Below, piece by piece: positions 50,101-62,100 of a DNA stretch of 64,000 nt. The stretch is taken from assembly GCA_049320885.1 (NCBI GenBank), contig JBMORA010000030.1:58570-122569 (forward strand), written 5' to 3'. The position numbers and the translations under genes are program-made. The stretch comes from Thermodesulfobacteriota bacterium. GTDB taxonomy: Bacteria > Desulfobacterota > Desulfobacteria > Desulfobacterales > SURF-7. The notes beneath the pieces are model-generated. The model made no database searches and was not told the origin of the DNA. It worked only from the letters and a program-made list of their open reading frames with translations. Position 1 is the first letter of the stretch. Each line of letters starts with the position of its first letter.

Positions 50101-53100
50101 AGCGGCGGCGATTTCACGGTTCAGAATGCCCTGGTCCAGCTGGAAGGAACCTGCACGGCGGATTCCACCAGCATTCTGGTGAACGGTTCTGCGTCCGGAG
50201 TAACCTATACGCCCGGGGCCACCACCTGGACTTACAGTGGCGAAGTGGCTCCCGGCGAAAACCTGATTTCGGTCACGGCCAGGAACGCCGCGGGACTCAC
50301 CAGCCCGCCTGATACCATCAGAATCACCTTCCAAAACACCATCCCGGCCCAGCCCGTGAACCAGGCTCCGCCGGACGGCGACGCCACGGTGGGCTGGCAG
50401 GTCATTCTCCAGGCCTCGGCCTTCAGCGACGCGGACAGCGACACCCACAGCGCCACCCAGTGGCAGATAAGGCAGCAGAGCGCCACCTGGGACAATCCGG
50501 CGTTCGACCAAATCTCCACCAGCAACCTGACCCAGATCCAGACCCCCCAAGGAGTTTTGGATTGGACCACCGGCTATGCCTGGCGGGTGCGCTACAAGGA
50601 CAGCCGCGGCTCCTGGTCGGCCTGGTCCAATGAAACCGGGTTCACCACCATTAGCGACAACCTGCCGCCCGAGGAAGTCACCGGTCTCACGGTCACGGCC
50701 AGCAACGCCGACAGTCTGGTAATCGCCTGGAACCATTCGGCCAACACCGCCTCGGATCTGGCGGCCTATCTCGTTTACGTGAACGAAGAATACCGGGATC
50801 AAGTCCTGGCGGACCAGAATACCTTCACGGTGAATGGGCTGAGCCCGGCCACCGGCTATGCCATCAAAGTGACCGCCAGGGATCAGGGCGACAATGAAAG
50901 CGCCGGCGTCAGCATCACTGCCGCCACCCTGCTGCCCAACCCCGCCAATCTGACGGCCCGGCCCGGCAGCACCCGGGTGACCCTTACCTGGGATCCGGCC
51001 GTTCCGGCCGAACTGGTGAGTCATTATGCGATTTATAATAGCACTTCTTCGTTCAGCAGCGTGGAAGGCCTGACACCGGTTGCCCCCACGGTCACCGGCA
51101 CGAGCGCCGACATCACCACCGGCATCACGCCCGGCACGGAATATTATTTCGCGGTCACCACCGTCAACATCTCCGGCGGTGAGGACCGCGCGGTAACGCC
51201 CATTAGCGTGACCCCTGTCCAGGGGATCGTCGCCCATTATACCATGGACAGCATCACCGGCAATCAGCTGCATGACGAGACCGGCGCCCACCCCGGCGCC
51301 ATTCAGGGTTCCCCCGCGGCCATAGCCGGCTATGACGGCAATGCCCTGGACCTGAACGGCAGCACCGACTGGATCGCCTCGGATTCCCTGGCCCAGGACC
51401 TCCGGACCGGCGACAGCATCACCCTGACCCTGTGGTTCAACACCACGGCCGCCAAGGTCAATGACGGGAACAATATTCTGTTTGGCGCCAACACCGGGAC
51501 CAAAGGCGACCTCTTCCGCCTCGGCACCGGCTCCAGTGGCGGAATCTTCCATTCGGTAGGTACCAGCAACAACGAATACGGCGCCGGCTACAACAACGGG
51601 GCCTGGCACCACCTGGCGGTGATCCAGCAGGCCAGCGGCGCGTTCCGGATTTACGTGGACAATGTCCTGCTGCAAACCGGCACCAAGGCCGCCGTTGCCT
51701 GGAACAACGCGGCCTTCCACAGCTTCGGCCAGGAATGGGATCCGGCCGGTCCCACGGATTTCTTTGACGGCCTGCTCGACGATGTACGGGTCTACAACTA
51801 TGCCCTTACCACGGCCGAAATCGCGGCCCTGTATGTGGACCAGCTGCCCCCCGAGCTTGCAGAAACCATTCCGGCAGCCGGCTCCATGACGCCTTCGCCC
51901 CAAGAAATCCGCATCACCCTGCTGGACCGCAACGGCGCCGTGGACCGGGACGCCACGGCGCCCACCATTGTTGTCACCGACTCCGCCAATCAGCCGGTGG
52001 GTGGAGCCATCGGCGGCACCGGCAGCGTATTCGTGTTCACCCCGGATCTGCCGTTCATGGAGGCCACCTACCAGGTCAGCCTGATTGCCGCGGATATGGC
52101 CGGCAATACCCAAGAATATACCTTCTCCTTCACTGTGGACAACCAGGCCCCGGCTGCGTTCGCGATCACCGGCGGCACGGTTACCAGCGGCCTGATTCAG
52201 CCCGCGCCGGCGGTCAACCTGGCCAGCAATGCCGGCGTGACCCTCACCGGCACCCGCGAAGCCAATACCTCGGTGTGGATCAACGGCGTCCAGGGCGCAG
52301 CCCTTGGCTCCGGCGACTGGGCCGCGGCCCTGACCCTCGCCGAAGGCGACAATACCCTGACCGTGACCCTCAAGGACCCGGCCGGCAATGAAAGCCCGGC
52401 CGTGACCGTGTATATCCGGCTGGATGCAACGGCGCCGGCCGCCGGCGCCATGACCCCGGCCCACAACAGCATCACCAACCAGATCCCCGCCGCCATTACC
52501 GTGGAAGTAGTGGAGGCCGGCAGCGGCCTGGATCAGGCGGGTTCCACCATGGCCGTGCGGGACGCCGGCCTGGCCCTGGTGCCCGGCTCCTGGTCCCTGG
52601 ACGGCAGCCTCTTGATCTTCACGCCCCAGTCCGCCCTGACGGATTCGGTCTACACCGTGACCCTGCAACTCCGGGATCTGGCCGGCAACCTGGGCGGACT
52701 GGTCCAGAACCAGTTCACCCTGGACACCGCTCCGCCGGCAGCGCCGGTGATCGAACCGGTGGTGTCCCCGGCCCACAACACCACCCAGACCATCCGCGGA
52801 ACCAGGGAGGCGTATTGCGCCGTGGTCATGAACGGCGGCCAGATCGCCGGTAACACCGCCGCAACCAGCTTCGAGCATACCGTGACCCTTTCGAGCGGCG
52901 ACAATGTCTTCACCTTCATTGCCGTGGACCGGGCCGGCAACCAGAGCCTGCCGGCGACCGTGACCATCGTCTATGACGATGTGCCGCCCCTTTCCGTGAC
53001 CACCCTGACGGTGGACCCGGCCGGCGACGGCACCCAGGTGACCCTGAGCTGGACCGGCTACAACGAGGCCGAGCACGGCGACATCGCCCTGTACCGCATC

Positions 53101-56100
53101 TACCGCAGTGACGCGATGTTCGCCGCGGTCAACGACCCCGGCGTTGAATTGCTGAATACGGTCGGCGCCGGCGTGTTCACCCATACGGTCTCCGGCCTGA
53201 CCCGCAACCAGACCTATTATTTCGCGGTGGTGGCCGTGGACCAGTCCGGTAATTTCACCTCCGCTGTGACCGCCGTCGCCGGGACGCCCCAGGACACCCG
53301 GGCCCCGGGCGAGGTGAACAACCTGACCGTGACCTCGTATGAAGACCGCCTGGTGTATACCTGGCAGCCCGGCCCGGCCGATGACCTCGCCGGGTTCAAG
53401 ATTTACCTGGACGGGTCCGCCACGCCGGCCGCCACCCTGAACGCCGACGGGCTCAGCTATGAAAGAACGGGCCTTGCGCCGGCCGGGGCCTATCCCTTCC
53501 GGATCACCGCCACGGACGGAACCAACGAATCCGCCGGGGTCAGCCTGACCGGCCACACCTGGCTGGACAATCCCGCGGGCCTGACCGCCACGCCTTACAG
53601 CGGCAAGGTGACCCTGGCCTGGAACGCAGTTGCACCGCCGGCCCATGTCAAGCACTATGCCGTGTATTACAAAGCCGGTTCCGACTTCGGCGGCGAAGTG
53701 GCCGGCGCTCCGGCCCTGATCACCACCGGCCTGACGGCCCAGATCGCCGGCCTGACCAACAACACGCCCTATTTCTTCGCGGTTACGGCCGTGAACCTGT
53801 CCGGCGGCGAGCGCAAGACCGTCACCAGCGTCACGGCCACGCCCGCGGCAGACAGCCAGGGACCCGAGGTGGTCAATCCCACGGCCGGCGGCAGCCCCCT
53901 GGTGACGGGCATGACCCTGACCCAGTCCCTGACCCTGTCCCTCACCGCCAATGACCCGGCCGGCGTCGGCCGGGTGGAATTCTATATCGACGGCGCCCTG
54001 CTGCGCACGGATTACACCGGCCCGGACTATACCTGCAACCTGGAGCTGGCCAATCTCGCCGACGGCGCCCATACCCTGACCATCAAGGTCTTCGACACCC
54101 TGGGCAACTCCACGGTCACGGATTACGGTTTCACCGTGGCCCTGTCACCGCCGGCCGCGCCGGTCATCACCCAACCGGCCGCGGGTCTGACCGTGAACCA
54201 GCCGGCCCTGAACGTGTCCGGCCAGGCGGTCAAGCTGACCACAGTCCAGCTCTTCCGCAACGACATCGCCGAGGGCAGCCCCCTGACCGTGGACTCCCAG
54301 GGTAATTTCAGCACTACCATCACCCTGACGGAAGGCCTGAACAAACTTGAAGCCGCGGCCGTCAACCGGGCCGGGACCGGCCCCAAATCCGCGCCGGTGA
54401 ACGTGACCCTGAACACGGCCGTGCCCCTGCCGCCCGCCTCCCTCGCTGCCGAGACCCGCGGCGGCGGCACCATCCGGCTGATCTGGCCGGCCTCGGAAAG
54501 CTCCGGCGTCACCGGCTACAACCTGTACCGGGCGGCCCAGCCCTTCACCGACAAGGCCGCGGCCGTGAAGGTCAACACCAGCCTGATCACCGCCACCCAG
54601 ACCGACAACCTGCCGGCTACGGACGGGACCTGGCATTACCGGGTCACCTGCATCAACACGGCCGGAAACGAAAGCGACCTGTCCGCGCCCGTGGAGGCCA
54701 AATCCGACCGGGTGGGACCCAAGGCAATTGCCATTGTCTATACGTCCACCGGTACTGTGGGACCGGACGGCGCCATGGCCCCCGGCCGGGTGAACGTGGT
54801 CCTCACCGTGGACGAGCCGCTGATGACCCTGCCGTTCCTGTCCATGGCCCCCGAGGGCGGCACGCCCATTTCCGTGGAGCTGACCAAGGAAGACGACCTG
54901 ACCTTCACCGGGTTCTTCGACATCACCGGGAACACGGTCTCGGCCAGGGCCTGGGCCAATTTCTCGGCCCGGGATGCGGCCGGCAACCGCGGCACCGAGA
55001 TCGTCAGCGGGACCAGCATCCTCATTGACACCGACGGACCGGCCGTATCCCGGCTGGTGGTGACCCCGCTTGCGCCCATCCGGAACGACGCGGCCGCGCC
55101 GGTGACCATCCAGGCAATCCTGGGTCTTTCCGAAACCTCCAAGACCGAGGCCGGCATTGTCCTCGGCTATGTCCTGCCCAGCCAGGGCGGCGAACCCGTG
55201 ACCATCGCCAACCTGACCAAAATCGCTACCGTTGCCGGCGACGCCGAGACCTGGCAGGCGGAATTCGTCCTGCCGGCCGGAGCCGGCCAGGCCGGACCCG
55301 AGACCCTGGCCTTTGCCTATACCGGTTCGGACAACCTGGACAACGTCAGCCACGAGATTACGGCCGCCAACCAGTTCCAGGTTTACCAGGGCAGCCTGCC
55401 GCCCCTGGCAGCCCCCGCGGGCCTGTCCGCCGAGGCCATGCCCGGCGGCGAGGTGATCCTGTCCTGGAAGGCCGTTGCAAACGCCGTGGCCTACCAGGTG
55501 TACCGCAAGGCGCCGGGAGAACCCGGACTGACCTCCTTCATGCGGGTGGACAGCGGTCTGGAATACAACGACCAGACCACCGAGGACGGCCTCTACACCT
55601 ATGCCGTGGCCAGCATCCGCAGCGAGAACAGCCAGGAATCCGAAAGCGGCCTGAGCAACCCGGTGACCGTCACCACCGACTCGATCGCCCCGGCGCCGCC
55701 CACCGGCCTGGTCCTGGATCTCATTCCCCAGGGCGTGCGGGCCAACTGGACCGCCTCCGCGTCCGCCGAGCCCGTGACCTACGCCTTCTACCGGGCCGCC
55801 GCGGAGACAACCGCGCCGGAAGACGCCACCCAGATCCAGGAAGGCTTCACCCAGACCTCCTGGATCGATTTCCATCCGTCGAACGCCCAGCACTGGTATT
55901 TCATCACCGCCGTGGACGGGGTGGGCAACGAGTCCGCGCCCTGCGCGCCCCAGTACCTGGACTTCGCCCTGCTGCCCGTGGCCAACGTGGTGGTGACCCA
56001 GCAGGATTACACCCTGCCGGTGATCACCTGGACCCATCCCTCGGCTGCCGCCATCGACGGCTACAACATCTATCTCGGCCCCGTGTCCCAGGGGGTCAAG

Positions 56101-59100
56101 CTCAACCAGAGCCTTTTGACCAGCCCGGTCTACACGGATATCGGTTATAGCGCCGACACCCGCGTCTATACCCTGACGGCCGTGAACGACGGAGAGGAGA
56201 GCCTGGCCCGCAGCGTGACCCTGCCCAAGATCAAGGCGGTTCTGCCGGATGGTACGGCCATCAAACGCGGGCTGATGAACCGCCTGGAATACCAGGTGAC
56301 CAACAGCGCGGATCAGGCTGTCGAGGCTGTGACCCTTAAGGTGCGTCTGAACAACCGCGACCATCTGTCCGAGACCGTCAGCCTGGCTGCCGGCGAGACC
56401 CGCAGCCTGCCCGTGGTGGTGGCCGGTTACAGCGAGCTGCCGGATCTGGCGGCCATGACCGCCACCCTGACGATCAGCCCGGCCACGGGCGAGACCGTGC
56501 GCATCATCCGCACCAGCGAGATCGAGGTGGAAGACGGCTCCCTGGTGCTCCAGATCGTCAACGAGGAGTTCACCCGGGGCGGTATCGGCAAGGTGGGCTT
56601 CACCCTGCAGAACACCGGCGAAGAGGAGATCGAGGTGACCCTGGCCAAAAGTTCCGGGACCAAGCCTTCCGACCAGGTGACCTTCAAGCTCCTGGATACT
56701 GACGGCAACGTCATCGCCTCCCAGGGCTTCAAACAAACCGTGGGCGACATGATCGTCACCCTGGCCAATGGCAACACCGTGGCGCGCATCCCGGCCGGCC
56801 AGACCTTCACCTCGGCCCTGTTCGACCTGACCGTGCCGGCCAATGCGCCGGACCGGGTCACGGTCCAGCTTTCCATCAGCACCATCTACCATCACCAGGG
56901 CCGCACGGATCAGGTATCCATGAGCGGCCCGTCCACCACCCATGAGGTCTATCTCATCGACACCTCCTATTACGGCGCGGTGGACAGCATCGCTCCTGCC
57001 GTATCTGCCGGCGACCAGGACATCGTCATCACCGGCCGGGCCGTCGACCGCAGCACCCTCCAGCCCCTTGCCAGCGTGCCCCTCAAGCTGGTGATAACGG
57101 TCAAGGGCTTCGAGCGCAGCTATGAAGTCTACACCGCGGCGGACGGAACCTTCTCCCATGCCTTCACGCCCCTTGCCGGCGAGGCCGGGGTCTATACCGT
57201 CCGGGTGGTGCATCCGGATCTCACGGACAAGCCCGTGCACGGCGAGTTCACCATCGGCAGGACCAGCGTCAGCCCCACCACCATCAACCTGGACCTGTCG
57301 CGCAACTACCAGAAGACCATCCACATCACCGTCAAGACCAGCGAGGGCAACGCCCTTGAAAACGCCCGGCTGATCTGCGCCAACGCGGACCAGCCCGGCG
57401 GGGTCCTGGCTCCGGGCGTGAGCGTTTCCATGGGTCCGGCCAAGAACATCCCCTCGGCCGGGTCCGGAACCTTGAGCTTCACCATCTCCGCGGACAACAG
57501 CGCGGCCGAGACCGCCACCATCATCCTGAAGGCCGTCAGCGGCAGCGAGCCCATTGTCCACGCCACGGTGCGGATCAACGCCCGGTTCCTGGAAGCCAAG
57601 CCTGTGCTGTATTTCTCGCCCAATCACGTGGACACCGGCGTGGCCCTGGACAACACCCAGGTGGAAAGCGTGACCCTGACCAACAAAGGCGTGGGCGACA
57701 TGAACGACGTGGCCGTGTCCTTGCGCAATGAGGACGGCAGTCCCGCGCCGGCCTGGGTGTACCTGAACTCCGCCGCGGACCAGGGGGTCCTTGCCGTGGG
57801 TGAAAGCCAAAAAATCGACGTGGCCTTCTCGCCCAAGGCGGGCGTGACCCCCGAAGGCAATTATCTTTTCCTCCTGCGGGTGACTTCCAGCAACCACGCC
57901 ACCCGGGATATCTATCTGGCTGTTGCCGTGACCCAGTCCGGCCAGGGCGGGGTCTTGTTCAAACTGTCCGACATCTACACCGGCACCCTGGACCAGAACA
58001 ACCAGCTCATTCCCGGCCTGGCCGGCGCCAAGATCCGGCTGCGCAACGAACTGGTGACTACTGACGAAGTCACCCTGACCAGCGACAACCAGGGCGAGGC
58101 CCTGTTCGAAAACATCCCCACCGGCCGCTACCAGTACCGCGTCACAGCCGCCAACCACAGCGAGGCCACCGGCCGGGTGTGGATCAAACCGGGGGTTACG
58201 ACCAACCAGGAAGTGTTTCTGGACTATAACCTGGTCACCGTGGAATGGGAGGTGAACGAGATCACCTTGGAGGATCGATACGAGATCACCCTGAACACCA
58301 CCTTTGTCACGGATGTTCCCGCGCCTGTGGTGGTGGCCAAGCCCGCATCCATCGCCCTGCCCAAGATGAAGGCCGGCGATGTCCATACCGGCGAATTGAC
58401 CTTGACCAACCATGGCCTGGTCCGGGCCGACAACCTGGAGTTCAGCTTGCCTTCCGATGATCAGTATTTCGATTACGAATTGTTGGGCGGCATTCCCGAG
58501 AGTCTCGCCGCCAAGCAGATTCTGACCCTGCCGTTCCGCGTCACCTGCCTGATGTCCATCGACGCGGATGGCGGCACCGGCGGCGCCAATCCCTGCCGGA
58601 CTTACAAACGCTGTGGCAGGATCGCCTTTACCTATATCTGTGCCAACGGTAATGAATCCGGATCTAAAACTGGTTTTTGCATCACTTCTGTCGGCGAATG
58701 TCCGACGGGAGATAATCCGCCATTCGGTGGTGGCTGGTTCGGAGACCAGACAGCCAATTTGAAAGATGGCGAAAACGGTAATGCCGCGGAAAGTCAAAAG
58801 CCGTCTGCATCACCTCAGAAAGTGAAAGGTACAAAAAACGTTTGCTATCCGGAATCCAAGAGGAAAAAATGCTGGTGCGACCCCTGCCAGACGAACGTCA
58901 CCTGCAAGGATGTCCTGGAGCCGGGCGGATCTCACACGAACACCTTGCTGCGCAGTTATCAAAGAGAAGATCATGACATGTCGGTGAAAGTTCCCGGCGG
59001 TATGCTTGAACTGAAAAGAACCTATCAGGATCATGATTGGAGTATTGAGCCGTTCTCGATGAATCCGGTAACGGGAGTTTCCGGGATTACCCAATGGGTA

Positions 59101-62100
59101 TACTGTACCGGTGACTTTAAAATTGTCACGGCTTTGATACAAAACGGGGTGGTATTCCGGTTGACGGATGGGGCCTATGCAATCCGAACAGAGTATAATC
59201 CGAATGGTACTATCCAATCGCGTGAGCTGGAATTTATCGGTACTCCAATATATAGGGATGAAGACGGTAACCAGATCACGCAATATGACAATGGCTATGA
59301 ATACGTTGATTCCAACGGAAACATTGTTCGTTATGACGGTACCGGGAGGGTTGGAACAATCAGCAACCGGAATGGCGTCTTTGCACAAGCCATCTATGAT
59401 CCCGATGATGGACGCTTGATCGGGGTCGCCGACAAGTATGGTCATCAAGTGGTTTGGTATGAGTACAATCCGAACGATCAGCTGTCCGCTGTACATGATG
59501 GCGTGAATCGTCGTGTGGAGTATTCCTATAATGCCGACGGACTGCTTGAAACCGTGACGGATGTTCTCGGCCACGTGACACGATTCGATTATACACTGAT
59601 AGGTGAGGAATCATCGGAGTTAGAGCCGGAAACCTATCACCTTGCTTTCACTCACAAAGTCTTGCCCGGGAGCGGCGTTGAGGGTGGTAGCATGCCATGC
59701 AGTTACGTCACTCCCGATGATGGCCACAGTGGTCATGTCGCCAGCATGATTTACATGCCTACAAAAAGACAAGTGTATGCTATTAGCAAGGTCACTGATC
59801 AGGAGGGCCGCGTCAAACAGATCCAATATGACGAATACGGCGATGTCATCGCCATGCAGGATGCCAGCGGCGCCAAAACATTCAGCTACGATTATGACGA
59901 TAAGAAGAAGGAGTATTACGCCTCCATCACCTCCGCGTCCGGACAGGTGAAAGAAGTCTGGTACGATTCTCTGGGCCGGACCAGGCGGGTGGATATCAAC
60001 GGCAAGACCGTCAGAAAGATCACGGTGGACGGCCGCACCATTCATCTCACGGATGAAAACGGCTATGTCACCGTATACAAGTACGACGAATGGGCGCGGC
60101 TGACCGCCACCGTCAACCCCGATGGCACGGTTGTCGGCAGCGAATACAACAAAACCATCAACCGCCTCATCGAGCAGACCGATGAAGCCGGCGTGGTGAC
60201 GGAATACGAATACAACAGCGAAAAACTGCTGGAACGGAAAATCGAGGCCGCGGGAACCGCAAGGGAACGCATCACCGAATACACCTATGATGCGGACGCC
60301 AACCTGCTGACCGTAAAACAGGCGGGCAATGCGGAGACGCCGGAAGCCCTCACCGTCATGACCTACGACAGCGCCGGCAACCTTGCCACCATCACCGACG
60401 CCGAGGGCAACCTCACCCGGTTCACCAGCTACGACAACATGGGCAACGTGCTCACCAAGATCGACCCGCGCGGCCAGGAATGGACCTACACCTATGACGC
60501 CGCCGGTCACCTGCTCACCGCCACCGATCCGGATGACAATGTTACCCGGTTCTTCTACGACAGGGTCGGCAACAAGATCCGCGAGGTGGATGCCGAGGGC
60601 CGGGAAAAGCTGTTCGTCTATGATGCCGAAGACAACCTCATCGAAACCACCGACGCTGCCGGCAAGAAGACCCTGTTTGCCTACAACTCGGACAACAAGC
60701 TCATCCGCCAGACCGATCCCACCGGTCGGGTGATGCAGTACCAGTACGACAACCAGGGCCGCCTGATGCGCACCATTGACGGCAACGGCAACCAGATCGC
60801 CATGCAGTATGAATACGGCGGCTCCGGCTGCTCCTCCTGTTCCGGCGGGGGCGGCAGCCAGGTTGCAAAAACCATCTTCCCGACCTTCGAGCAGGCCTAT
60901 GCCTATGACCGGCGCGGAAGAAAGACGCTGGAAAGCGATATCACGGATTCTGAAACCATAACCACCCGGTTCGCCTACGATCCGGTGGGCAGCCTCACCC
61001 GAAAAACCGACAAGGCCGGCAAGATCACGTATTATTCCTATGACGATCTGAGACGGCTCACGGCCGTGACCGATCCGCTGGACGGCGTCACCGAGTACAC
61101 CTACGACAGCCGCGACAACCTGGTGTCTCTCAAGGACGCCAAGGGCCAGACCACCCTGTTCGAGTACGACAGGAACAACCGGCTCGTCAAAGAGATCCGG
61201 CCCATGAACCAGGCCACGACCTATGCTTACGACGAGGCCGGCAACCTGGTCCGCAAGTTCGACGCCAAGGGCCAGAAGACCGAATATGTCTATAACGACC
61301 TCGGTCAATTGGTGAATATCCTGTATTTTGAAACCGGCGTTCCCACGCCCCACAAGACCGTGACCTTCACCTACGACAAGGTCGGCAACCTGACCGCTTA
61401 TGACGACGGGGTCACCTCGGCTGTGTACGAATATGACGCCAATTACCGCAAGGCAATCGAAACCGTGGATTACGGTCCGTTCAGCCTGTCCAACAGCATG
61501 ACTTATCATGACAACGGCCTGAAAAAGACCTTCACCGGACCGGACGGCATCCAGTACACCTACGGCTACGATGCCGCCAATCAGTTCAGCAACCTGGATA
61601 TTCCAGGGATGGGTTCCGTGACCGTCAACGAGTACACCTGGAACCGGCCGAAAACCATGACCCTGCCCGGCGGCTCCACCAAGGAGTTCACCTACGATCC
61701 GCTGATGCGGATCGACCGGATGAAGGTGAAGGACCCGGCATTAAACAGCCTGTTGAATTATGAGTACGAATATGACACAATGGACAACATCACGGACAAG
61801 AATACCGAGCACGGGGATTACACCTACGGGTACGACGATCTGTACCGGCTCACGGAAAGCGATAACCCCATCGGCGTCAGCGACGAAACGTTCACCTACG
61901 ATGCCGTGGGCAACCGTCTGACCGCGGCCGACACCATCGGCCCCTGGGCCTACAACCCGAACAACGAGCTCGGCGGCTACGACGACGTAACCTATGAATA
62001 CGACGCCAACGGAAACACGATCAAGAAGACCGACGGCGGAGTCGTCACCAGCTACGTTTACAATACAGAGGACCGCCTGACCCAGGTATGGGACGGCGAA

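Noticed and set aside
40659..58797. Very long minus-strand ORFs (1742, 1351 and 1550 aa) opposite the giant genes
   Set aside because: Antisense shadows expected from strongly GC-biased codon use; no recognisable motifs
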